Shown: one piece after another, positions 51,495-60,663 of the stretch | How the letters are laid out: every line of letters begins with the position of its first letter | Numbering within the stretch: the first letter of the stretch is position 1 | Source of the DNA: Cyanobacteria bacterium REEB446 | GTDB taxonomy: Bacteria > Cyanobacteriota > Vampirovibrionia > LMEP-6097 | Direction: 5' to 3' | NCBI GenBank assembly: GCA_018970325.1 | Contig: JAGWWP010000001.1 | Span: forward strand, 7,889 to 71,888 | DNA length: 64,000 bases | The notes under the pieces: model-generated | Told to the model about the DNA's origin: nothing | Databases searched by the model: none | The model's input: only the letters and a program-made list of their open reading frames with translations | Made by a program: the position numbers and the translations under genes

Positions 51495-53765
51495 TTATTT
51501 GGCACTCCACTGGCTACTTGTAATAGAATCTTCAAGATTTGAAATCAAAGACTGTAAATGACTAATTGCTTCTGTGTGCTGTTTGCTAAAGTCATTGAAA
51601 TACCCTTGCCCAGCATCTTTGATTTTATTAATAGATGAGGCCATTGATTCACCAGCTTTACCAAACTCATTAGTTATATCTAGTGTTAATTTATTAATTG
51701 CTTGGTAATCCTTATGTAATTGATCACTAGTACTTTGATGAGTTTTTAATAATTCCTTCTGCTCTTGCATGGCTGTTCTTAATAGATTTAGCTGCTCTTT
51801 GAAGTCCACATCCTTTTGCTCACTAGCTATGGTGATTTTATTTTGGAGTTCTATGAGCTTATCCATGGAATTCTGGATTTTTATAGATTCCTCTCTTAGT
51901 GCACTTACTCGCTGTAAATATTCACTTAATTCGGTAAGTGAGCTTCTTTGCGTTGCTGTCAGTTCATTTTGTTTATTAATGAAATGTGAGAACTCATTAT
52001 TTAATAAATTAGTTAACTTATCGAAAGCATAGTTTAATTGAGCTTGAGCGTTATTTAACTGCTCAGGCATAGATAGTGCTTGTCTACTTAAAATATCAAT
52101 ATTATTTTTTAACTCATGTAAAACGCTCTCTAGATTATCTTTTAAGCTGCTCATGCTACTAGTGAAGCTATGCTCCAAGTTTTTAATCTGAGATTCGTGT
52201 ACACTAGTGTTCTCTTGCTGCATTCTGTTATGATCTTCCTGAAAGCTTCTTGAAGAATTTTCAAAGATATTCTTCATCTCGAATAATAATTCACTACTCA
52301 ACTTAGAATTAGCTTCGCTAAGCTCAAAAATTTTATTAGTAATAAATTGCATACCTTCAGTGTGTTTACGTTGCATTTCATCTTGTTGAGTTACCAGATT
52401 AGCTGTTAATTCCTGATTTCTCAGCATAATATTCTCTAAAAGCTGATTTAGATTAGAACCTTGCTGATTATGTATCTCTTCAAAAAGATTTTTTACTAGA
52501 TCTGACATCTCACGCTGTGAATCAGAGAGACTTAATTTCATTTCAGCTGTAGATTTAGACATATCACCCAGTAAAGATTCCATAATCTCAGGAAGCTTTT
52601 CCATAGTGGTTTTCAAAGCCTCTATATCACTATTTAAACCTTTGGTAAGACTCTCTCTAAGTTCCTGTCCTATAGTACCTAAATGCTCAGACATACCATT
52701 CAAACCTGCCGCACTAAAATCTTTCATTGAATCGGAGACTTTAAACATCTCATCTTTTATATCTGTCACTAAATTTTTAACTCCAGATGTCTCATTTTTA
52801 ATATCTGAAACTGCATTTTTTACACTTTCTTCAATTGATTTCTCTATATTCTCCAAAATACTGCCAGTACCTTTAGTTTTATGAAAATAGCTTTCTATCT
52901 GACCAGGTATTTGTTTAATATCTTTCTGCATCACTATGAGTAAATCCTGAGTGGTTAATCGCCTGAAATTTCTATTCAACTCATAGATAATGCTAGACAG
53001 AGTTTCATGCATTTCATGCTCTTTATTTTTAATAGTGATCTCTGCATTAATGGCTAAAATCAAACCTACTATACTGGTAATAAATTTTGCAGATAGTGCA
53101 TTAATAAAATCATCTAAGCCTGTTATATCCCCCCCTCCTGCTTCCTGTCTGACTACACTCAAACCAGCAGTAAGAGCGATAAAAGTAAAAAGCAGTCCAG
53201 TACTGGTAAAGAAGCTAGGATAATGCTTCAGTCTAAATACATAAGGACTTACTATAGTATTAACTTTAAAAAAATCTTCAGCTTGATAGACATTCATTAG
53301 CTGTTCTTTATACTCATGCACGCCCTCAGAAAACTCTTTCCATGCATGTTCTAGACTAATATACATAGAACTTTGAAGATTTGTCTCAGAATATGGTTCG
53401 TCAAAGTATTTATTGATTTTCGCTTTAAGTTCATAAGAACTATGCGATTCTTTTATGAGCTGATAAAAAGCTTTTAAATCCTTTATCCCAGATTCTGTTT
53501 CAGCTAAATTTGCTTGATAGGGATTACTATTTAAATTTAAAACTTTTATTTTATTTTTACATGCAAACCAGATGGAAGCCAAAAAGCCATAAATGAGTAT
53601 AAGCACTGTAATCTTAATACCAAAAATACCAGAGCTGGAATCTTGATTACCATTCCACCAATTTATAAACTGACTTGACCACGTCCGAGGATCACACAGG
53701 AACAGCGTTAAATCAAGATTTAAAATTTTAAAAATATTAAACTGTGGTAACAATGTAGAACTCAT
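51495..53765 (-). CDS. zorA: Zorya ZorA (MotA-like with long helical tail)
   Basis: TM helices PSFFTSTGLLFTFIALTAGL and LSAKFITSIVGL, then a ~480-aa helical tail. Confidence 0.88.
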   Translation of the reverse strand: MSSTLLPQFNIFKILNLDLTLFLCDPRTWSSQFINWWNGNQDSSSGIFGIKITVLILIYGFLASIWFACKNKIKVLNLNSNPYQANLAETESGIKDLKAFYQLIKESHSSYELKAKINKYFDEPYSETNLQSSMYISLEHAWKEFSEGVHEYKEQLMNVYQAEDFFKVNTIVSPYVFRLKHYPSFFTSTGLLFTFIALTAGLSVVRQEAGGGDITGLDDFINALSAKFITSIVGLILAINAEITIKNKEHEMHETLSSIIYELNRNFRRLTTQDLLIVMQKDIKQIPGQIESYFHKTKGTGSILENIEKSIEESVKNAVSDIKNETSGVKNLVTDIKDEMFKVSDSMKDFSAAGLNGMSEHLGTIGQELRESLTKGLNSDIEALKTTMEKLPEIMESLLGDMSKSTAEMKLSLSDSQREMSDLVKNLFEEIHNQQGSNLNQLLENIMLRNQELTANLVTQQDEMQRKHTEGMQFITNKIFELSEANSKLSSELLFEMKNIFENSSRSFQEDHNRMQQENTSVHESQIKNLEHSFTSSMSSLKDNLESVLHELKNNIDILSRQALSMPEQLNNAQAQLNYAFDKLTNLLNNEFSHFINKQNELTATQRSSLTELSEYLQRVSALREESIKIQNSMDKLIELQNKITIASEQKDVDFKEQLNLLRTAMQEQKELLKTHQSTSDQLHKDYQAINKLTLDITNEFGKAGESMASSINKIKDAGQGYFNDFSKQHTEAISHLQSLISNLEDSITSSQWSAK

Positions 53766-53789
53766 CCACTCTCTCCGTTATTAACTATC

Positions 53790-54059
53790 TAATGTTTTAG
53801 TGCAAGCACTAAGATTGAAAAAAAGCTATTTAGAAATTTATATATTATTAAATAGCCGGGAGTTCATAGACCGTTACAAGACGACTACTGCAATCTTTAA
53901 GCCCTAAGGCTTTGGACATGCATTACAGTCTCCCGGCTTTTTTAAAGCCAGGAGATATCGTTTTTACAGTCGGATATCTCTATCGACTGCTTGTAAAGAG
54001 GCTATGAAACCCCAAGGTTCTTTTAAGGAAAGAACCTCGTTATGAATTATAAACTAAGT
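53790..54059 (-). ncRNA. Putative structured leader RNA, copy 2 (upstream of zorABCD)
   Basis: Duplicate of 41253-41525. Minus-strand TATAAT at 54046-51; stem GCTATTTA...TAAATAGC followed by T7 on the minus strand. Confidence 0.7.
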
Positions 54060-54071
54060 GAGAGATCGCTA

Positions 54072-55124
54072 TCACTGAAAATAATTTCTTACAGCAAATT
54101 CAAACTGTTCAATGAAAAGCTCTTTGAGATACAGAAGGTTATTTCTTTCATAAAAAAGTATCATCGCTTTTTTATATTCAGTCTCATCAATGCTTCTGTA
54201 GGAGAGAGGGCAGTAATTATAAGCCAGTAGTAAGGCATTGCTAGTAATGCGACTAGTTCTTTTATTACCGTCCTCAAAAGCTTGGATATAGGAAATAAGT
54301 GCAGAGCAGGTTAAAGCTTTAGTGAATGGCTCTTTAATTTTATTTACAGTCTCAGATAGGCTTTTAATCGAATCACTAATCTGGAAAACATTATCTAAAG
54401 GCTTATAATTCGTTCCTGTAATTCCGACCAAACTATTTCTGAAATTAGGATTAATGTATAAGCCCTTAGTTAGCATGCTGTGCAATTCAATAATTTTATT
54501 CGGCGTAATTTTTTTAAAGTAAGCAGGTTTTTCTAAGATGTACTCTAGAGCGTGTTTATGATTCAGTAACATTTTTGCTTCTTCTTTGCTATGACCTTTA
54601 GCTTCGATGCCGACTTTAAAAAGAGTTTCTGTGTCTAATAATGAATAAGTATTCCCCTCTATCTGTGAGGATTTCCATGAAAGATCTATAGTTAATCTTT
54701 CGAATTCTTTTCTTATAATAGTTTTACTGTGTTGTTTTAAATTACTTCTATAAGTATTATTTAATTGCTCAATGTGTTCTAACTCACTGCTAGAGAAGAT
54801 TTTCTCAGATACTTTATCTATGAGTTTGAAAATATTAAAATTAAAACTCTCTTCTATAAATCGTTTATCAGGAATAACTGAGAAGTATTGTTTGATATTG
54901 ATTGGCTGAATCAGTTTATATAGTGGTGAAAGTTTGTAAACAGTATTCTTACCTTCTCCATATCTGATTATTAAATCAAGTTTTAATAAATAGGTTAAAT
55001 CTCTGTTTAAGGTAACTCTAGATATAGATTCATTTAATAATCTCTCTATGCTTGCTATATCAAGTTCAGAATATTTTAAAAATAATTCTAAGATTGTTTC
55101 CTGCCGAGGATTTAACTTAAACAT
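54072..55124 (-). CDS. Fic family protein with N-terminal HTH; catalytic His replaced by Gln
   Basis: N-terminal wHTH (SRVTLNRDL...G.GK...Y), SSQIEGN, motif YIQAFEDGNKRTSR. Confidence 0.88.
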   Translation of the reverse strand: MFKLNPRQETILELFLKYSELDIASIERLLNESISRVTLNRDLTYLLKLDLIIRYGEGKNTVYKLSPLYKLIQPINIKQYFSVIPDKRFIEESFNFNIFKLIDKVSEKIFSSSELEHIEQLNNTYRSNLKQHSKTIIRKEFERLTIDLSWKSSQIEGNTYSLLDTETLFKVGIEAKGHSKEEAKMLLNHKHALEYILEKPAYFKKITPNKIIELHSMLTKGLYINPNFRNSLVGITGTNYKPLDNVFQISDSIKSLSETVNKIKEPFTKALTCSALISYIQAFEDGNKRTSRITSNALLLAYNYCPLSYRSIDETEYKKAMILFYERNNLLYLKELFIEQFEFAVRNYFQ

Positions 55125-55131
55125 ATAAACT

Positions 55132-55176
55132 TTCCTATCATTAATTTAGCTTATTCCTATCATTTATGATAGGAAT
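55132..55176. promoter_or_regulatory. Operator-like TTCCTATCAT repeats upstream of Fic
   Basis: TTCCTATCATT at 55132 and 55154; palindrome ATTCCTATCAT-TT-ATGATAGGAAT (55153-76). Confidence 0.6.
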
Positions 55177-55263
55177 CTAAGATACTTGAGGAAAATTGGA
55201 GTTCCGCAACAGTGCCTTATAGAAACTAAACTAATGTCCTGTTACAATAGGATATGACTCACT

Positions 55264-57198
55264 ATGGCTAATTTAGAAAATGCTTGGCTAATCGCACTCT
55301 ATCCTCTGATAAGTGCTCTTTTAATAATGTTTTTCACCCATAAAAGCAGACCGCTTTCTATGGGGCTTTCGGTATCAGCGGTGGCTATCGGCTTTATCCA
55401 CTCTTTAGTACTGTTCTTGAATTTTCACGATAACCATGCTCATGAAGTGAATTTTAACTGGATTAAGGCTGGTGATTTCCATTTAGAGATGGGTTATTTA
55501 GTAGATAAGCTGGCTATCGGTATGCTGCTTACTGTAACTCTAGTAAGTTTTCTGGTGCAGATTTATACGCACGCTTATATGGATGAAGATGAAGGCTATA
55601 CGAGATTTTATTCTTACCTGTCTTTATTTACCTTCTCGATGCTAGGTTTAGTTATTTCGACGAATTTATTTCAAATGTATTTCTTCTGGGAATTAGTCGG
55701 GGTTTGTAGTTTCCTTCTTATCGGTTTCTGGTGGTATAAACCTAGTGCCGCACATGCTTGTAAAAAGGCCTTCGTTACGAATAGAGTCGGTGATGCTGGT
55801 TTCCTTATAGGTTTAATGCTGCTTTATGCTTTTACTAAAGACTTCTGGGTAAATGGCATAGCGACTATGTCTTTTACTAGTTTGCAGGAAGCTATTAATT
55901 ATGCGATTCATAATAATGGGCTTGAGCTTTTAGGCTGGGTTTCGGTTACCTCTATAGGTCTTCTTATATTTATGGGAGCGATGGCTAAATCAGCTCAGTT
56001 TCCTTTACACATCTGGTTACCTGATGCGATGGAAGGACCTACACCTATATCTGCTCTAATCCACGCTGCGACTATGGTAGCGGCTGGTGTTTATTTACTT
56101 GCTAGAATTTTCCCTATATGTAGTATAGAAGGTTCTGCGGCATTACCTGTAATAGCTTGGATAGGTGGTATCACTGCTATCTTCGCTGCGACTATTGCTT
56201 TAACACAGAATGATATTAAAAAAGCTCTAGCTTATTCTACCTGCTCGCAGCTTGGTTACATGGTTTTAGCTGTAGGTTTAGGTGCGCCGATTATCGCTAT
56301 GTTCCATTTAATTACGCATGCGATGTTTAAGGCTATGCTTTTCTTAGGTTCTGGTTCTGTTATTTTAGGCTGCCATCACGAACAAGATATGCGTGAAATG
56401 GGTGGCTTACGTAAATATATGCCGATTACAGCGATTACATTTTTAATCGGAACACTGTCTATATCAGGCTTACCATTTATGAGTGGTTTCTGGTCTAAGG
56501 ATATGATTATCGCTAAAGCCTTCGAGGTATCACCAGCTCTTTTCTGGATAGCTACTTCTACGGCTCTGTTAACAGCGTTTTATATGTTTCGTATCTATTT
56601 TAAAACTTTCGAGGGAGAGTATAGAGGTCATGCTCACCCGCATGAACAGCCACTCGCTGTAACTGTGCCATTAATGGTTTTAGCAGTGCCTTCTATAATT
56701 TTAGGTCTGTGGGGTTCACCATTACTGGGTTATCCATTAATTCATTACTTTGATAGTCATTTCCACGCTCATGGTACTGGTTGGGGATTCTTTTTACATG
56801 AGTTAAGCCAGCCAATGGGCTACCTACCTTTACTATCTTTTATTATAGGTACTTCAGTCGCTTATCTAGTCTATGTTAAGAAGAAGACTATTAATGATAA
56901 ACTCGTGAATGTTTTAGCTAAAGAGCAGTTCGCTTGGCTTTATAAAGGTTCAGTAAATAAATGGTATATCGATGAAGCCTACGAGTTTGTTATAGGTTTA
57001 TTTATGAAGTTCTTTAGGGCTACTTGGAAATTCTTTGAAAGAGTAGTTATAGAGGGTATCTTCATTAATGGCTTCGCTTGGAGAGGTTCTGAGCTTGTCG
57101 GTGAGATTTTAAAACTTACTCAGAATGGCAGAGTGCAAAGTTATATAGCCATAATGTTTGTTGGGCTTTTGTTCTTTGTGGTTATGTTTTTGGTTTAG
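55264..57198 (+). CDS. nuoL: NADH-quinone oxidoreductase subunit L (NdhF)
   Basis: FWELVG, AFVTNRVGD, KSAQFPLHIWLPDAMEGPTPISALIHAATMVAAG, LAYSTCSQLGYM. Confidence 0.97.
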   Translation: MANLENAWLIALYPLISALLIMFFTHKSRPLSMGLSVSAVAIGFIHSLVLFLNFHDNHAHEVNFNWIKAGDFHLEMGYLVDKLAIGMLLTVTLVSFLVQIYTHAYMDEDEGYTRFYSYLSLFTFSMLGLVISTNLFQMYFFWELVGVCSFLLIGFWWYKPSAAHACKKAFVTNRVGDAGFLIGLMLLYAFTKDFWVNGIATMSFTSLQEAINYAIHNNGLELLGWVSVTSIGLLIFMGAMAKSAQFPLHIWLPDAMEGPTPISALIHAATMVAAGVYLLARIFPICSIEGSAALPVIAWIGGITAIFAATIALTQNDIKKALAYSTCSQLGYMVLAVGLGAPIIAMFHLITHAMFKAMLFLGSGSVILGCHHEQDMREMGGLRKYMPITAITFLIGTLSISGLPFMSGFWSKDMIIAKAFEVSPALFWIATSTALLTAFYMFRIYFKTFEGEYRGHAHPHEQPLAVTVPLMVLAVPSIILGLWGSPLLGYPLIHYFDSHFHAHGTGWGFFLHELSQPMGYLPLLSFIIGTSVAYLVYVKKKTINDKLVNVLAKEQFAWLYKGSVNKWYIDEAYEFVIGLFMKFFRATWKFFERVVIEGIFINGFAWRGSELVGEILKLTQNGRVQSYIAIMFVGLLFFVVMFLV

Positions 57199-57398
57199 TC
57201 TGAGAATCATTTAATTTTATTTGAACTTATATTAAAGAAACTTCTGCATTTTGTATGTATGAGTTGTTTATAATGGGTTTTAGTTAAGATAAGTTTTTAG
57301 AGATTTATTTATTCTCTTTGGGTTTGTTTGAGCTTGGAGACTGGTGTTGACTATGTAACTGAGGAAGCCGAATGATGGTTTTTTCTTAAGGGGAAATA

Positions 57399-59240
57399 AT
57401 GATTAATGTTAATAATAAACCTGTAACCTATGGTGTTTTAAGGCAATGGTTAGAAACACTATTAGATAAGCCAGTAGATACTCCTAGTAAGAATGGTTCA
57501 AGCACAGGGGCTTCGGAACTTAATGGCAGGGATCGCGCTGCGGAATTATTATTACCTAATTCAGAATCTCCTGCTCAAGTAGAACCAGCTTATAAACCAA
57601 ATGAAAAGCTTTTGGGGAAAGAGGTTGCTAGAGCAGTCCAGTTTTTACCAAAAGAAATTATTCAAGAATTAGAGAGAAAAGTTCGAGAGAACAATATTAA
57701 TCCACAGGCGATAGAAGAATTTCAAATTGATTTAGGCAGGCATGTTCGTGTGGATACAGGTGCATCCAGTAAGGAAGTAGCTCAAAATGGCTTAGGAATT
57801 TCTCCTTTGACTCTTTTGGGTGATCCTAATAAAGCAGGCGATAATGCACTTAAAATTACACAAGAAGACCTTAATAAAATTAAGTCGAGCATTATGTTTA
57901 ATCTTGAAAGTGGGCGTGGTGGGCTTAAAGACGTAGAGGACTTAAGTAGATTCTCTATCTCTGAGCGTAATGGCTTGCCAGTAAATATTACTATTCGTGT
58001 AGGAAAAGCCGTGGAAACGCCTCTGCCAGTGGAAATCCAGAAAATAGTATTAGATGCTGTGCAAAATAAAAAGAAAGTTTTATTCCTTGGTCAGACTGGG
58101 GTTGGTAAGACGACTTTAATACGTCAGATCTCTAAATTCCTCTCTGATAAAGGAGTTAGTCCAAGTATTTTTGATAAAAGTGAGGAAATAGCTGGTCACG
58201 GTATAACTCCACATTCTGCTCTTGGGAATCTTGCTCGTAGATTTGTTATTCAACCATTTAAGAATGTCGCACAGAGTTTAATCTCCATGATAGAGAATCA
58301 TAATCCTAAAGCTCTAATCATAGACGAATTATCAGATCGTGAGCAGTTTAGTGGTGTAAGAAGAATGGTAGATGAGAAGGGCATACCAACTGCATTTATT
58401 TTTACACATGGTACTACTTTAGGTATGGCTATGCATTCTGATAATACCAAAGAGCTTTTAGCTAAAGTCGATACTGTTATTGTTGGTGATGATACTGCTC
58501 AGAAAACTGGTAATGGAGATGTTCAGGATAAAATCCGCCATAATGTAATCGGTCATTCGATGGTGGATGTGGTGGTGGAGATGCCAGCGAGAGGCGTTTT
58601 CGTAGTTCATGAAAATGTGCTGGATTCTATGAAGAAACTGGCTGCTGGTGAAGAACCTACGCTGAAGGTTTATCCGAAAGGGACTAATCTTAGGGAGTAT
58701 AGATCGAAAGAGGCTGAACAGTTTATTGAGCCAAAGAATCAGCTTAACCCCACTGAGCGACCAGTGTTAAATCAAGCAACAAAAACAGAATATTCATTTA
58801 CGAGTCAATCTTTTGTGGCAGAACCAGAAGAAAGAGTCCATAAAAAGGTGCAGAGAGGCACAGGCACGAAGCAAAAAGCTATTCCGTCATCCTCATCCAC
58901 TAGTCAGACAAAATATCCTTTGTTAGCTAAGAATTATAAAAAGGCTGAAATAGATTCAATGCCATCTGATAAATTAACTGAATTGCAGACGCAGTTATTA
59001 GGCAAACAGAAAGGAGAAGGAAATTTACCAAGAGTACAAAAGCAGCGACTTGACTGGGTTAATGCAGCAATAGAAAAGCAAAGAGTTAGAGGGCAACAGC
59101 AGCTAGATAGACATAGTAACCGATATAACTTAGAGGGATCTCGACTTACAGCGAGTCAGCAAAGAGAAGTGAGTAGTCTTAATAGGACTTTAGATCGGTT
59201 AGAGCAAGAAAGAAAGCAGAAAGAAGAAAGAAGCAGTTAA
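57399..59240 (+). CDS. Divergent Ycf45/SpoIIIAA-like AAA ATPase with long N- and C-terminal extensions
   Basis: IDLGR, ITIRVGKAV, GQTGVGKTT, DKSEEIAG.G..PH..LG..ARR, IENHNP..LIIDE, THG, VIVGDD. Confidence 0.75.
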   Translation: MINVNNKPVTYGVLRQWLETLLDKPVDTPSKNGSSTGASELNGRDRAAELLLPNSESPAQVEPAYKPNEKLLGKEVARAVQFLPKEIIQELERKVRENNINPQAIEEFQIDLGRHVRVDTGASSKEVAQNGLGISPLTLLGDPNKAGDNALKITQEDLNKIKSSIMFNLESGRGGLKDVEDLSRFSISERNGLPVNITIRVGKAVETPLPVEIQKIVLDAVQNKKKVLFLGQTGVGKTTLIRQISKFLSDKGVSPSIFDKSEEIAGHGITPHSALGNLARRFVIQPFKNVAQSLISMIENHNPKALIIDELSDREQFSGVRRMVDEKGIPTAFIFTHGTTLGMAMHSDNTKELLAKVDTVIVGDDTAQKTGNGDVQDKIRHNVIGHSMVDVVVEMPARGVFVVHENVLDSMKKLAAGEEPTLKVYPKGTNLREYRSKEAEQFIEPKNQLNPTERPVLNQATKTEYSFTSQSFVAEPEERVHKKVQRGTGTKQKAIPSSSSTSQTKYPLLAKNYKKAEIDSMPSDKLTELQTQLLGKQKGEGNLPRVQKQRLDWVNAAIEKQRVRGQQQLDRHSNRYNLEGSRLTASQQREVSSLNRTLDRLEQERKQKEERSS

Positions 59241-59938
59241 ACCCCATACTTAATCGGCTGATTTAAACCATCTAGCGGACCCATATAATCTTTCCTCAAC
59301 GGAAAACCATCCCAATTATCTGGATTTAAAATTCTAGTTAATTTAGGGTGTCCTTCAAAGCTTATGCCTAACATATCGTAGGCTTCTCTTTCTTGCCAAT
59401 TAGCACTAGCAAAGACTTCTGTAAGAGTGGGCATTACTGGTTTATCTTTAGCTAAAGTTACTTTAAGCACCACAGCCTCATCATGTTTACTGCTTTCTAG
59501 TCTAAGTATATTCTGGTAGCCTTTTTTAAGCTCCACTGCTGTCATGTAATTTAGTAAATTAAATTTTCTCTGTGCTTTTAAATCTTTACAGACTTGAATG
59601 ATATCCTCTACAGGAACCTCATACATTAAAGCACCGCTGGAATCTTTTCCTAATTCTTCTACTTTAAAATTCGCAGCATCGAAAAACTCTTTAGCTTCTG
59701 GAGTCTTCGGTGGTTTAGGCGGTTCTTCTACTACTGGAATAGCTTCTGCGCTAGCATTCGCCACAGCTTTAACCTCAGTTTTTACTTCAGCTTTAGCCTC
59801 TTCTAGTGGCTTACCATGAAATTTAGCGTAAGCCTCTTTAGCAGCCTGCTCTGGGTCTTTACCTTCAGCGATAGCCTTTTTTTTAGCGAAGAACATCGCT
59901 AATTTATCGTCACCTGGTTTAATTGGAAGATCTGCCAT
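59237..59938 (-). CDS. nuoC: NADH-quinone oxidoreductase subunit C (NdhJ) with N-terminal extension
   Basis: ANWQEREAYDMLGISFEGHP.L.RIL.P..W.GFPLRKDY. Confidence 0.93.
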   Translation of the reverse strand: MADLPIKPGDDKLAMFFAKKKAIAEGKDPEQAAKEAYAKFHGKPLEEAKAEVKTEVKAVANASAEAIPVVEEPPKPPKTPEAKEFFDAANFKVEELGKDSSGALMYEVPVEDIIQVCKDLKAQRKFNLLNYMTAVELKKGYQNILRLESSKHDEAVVLKVTLAKDKPVMPTLTEVFASANWQEREAYDMLGISFEGHPKLTRILNPDNWDGFPLRKDYMGPLDGLNQPIKYGV

Positions 59939-59946
59939 ATTTAACT

Positions 59947-60576
59947 CTATTTATTTTCGTCTATTAATAAGCCTGTAAGTTCATCTACTTCTCTAACATA
60001 GGAGTCGTGATACTTACTAGTATTAGCTCTTGCGATAAGTTTTTCTTTACGAATTTTTCTCTGTAAAGTGAAAAGACCGTGTAGGAGACCTTCTGGTCTA
60101 GGCGGGCAACCAGGTACATATACATCTACTGGAATAAGGCGATCTACACCCTGTACTACTGAGTAGCTATCATGAAACATGCCACCAGTGATGGTGCAAG
60201 CACCCATGGCGATTACGTATTTAGGCTCTGGGAGCTGCTGGTAAAGTCTAACTAAGGCTGGAGCCATCTTTCTAGTGATAGTACCTGCGGTAATAATAAG
60301 GTCAGCCTGTCTAGGAGTAGCTCTGAAAACTTCTGAGCCGAACCTAGATATATCGAAACGAGACATACCCACTGACATCATTTCGATAGCACAGCAGGAA
60401 GTACCATAAGTTAAAGGCCAAACACTATTAGATCTAGCCCAGTTATAGATAGTATCCACGAAACTAGCTACAGTAGTGACTATCAGATTATCCTTTAGAC
60501 CTTCTGGGATTTCTATATCTTTACGCTCGGGAAGAGGGACTTTGCTTTCTGAGTAAAGTTCTTCGATATTTTGCAT
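59947..60576 (-). CDS. nuoB: NADH-quinone oxidoreductase subunit B (NdhK)
   Basis: [40 protein letters not shown]. Confidence 0.97.
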   Translation of the reverse strand: MQNIEELYSESKVPLPERKDIEIPEGLKDNLIVTTVASFVDTIYNWARSNSVWPLTYGTSCCAIEMMSVGMSRFDISRFGSEVFRATPRQADLIITAGTITRKMAPALVRLYQQLPEPKYVIAMGACTITGGMFHDSYSVVQGVDRLIPVDVYVPGCPPRPEGLLHGLFTLQRKIRKEKLIARANTSKYHDSYVREVDELTGLLIDENK

Positions 60577-60663
60577 ACGGATCTTATTATACCAGTGCTT
60601 GCCTAGCTGAGTAATAAGTTAGGGTGGTGAATTTCTTAAGGAAGTTCTGATAACATAGATTCT

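Noticed and set aside
53855..53960. Cobalamin riboswitch resemblance (AAGCCAGGAGA B12-box-like; ACTGCAA) on the + strand
   Set aside because: The box is not conserved in copy 1 (AAACCGAGAGA), the GGGAA/GCCACTG core is missing, and there is no B12-related downstream gene.
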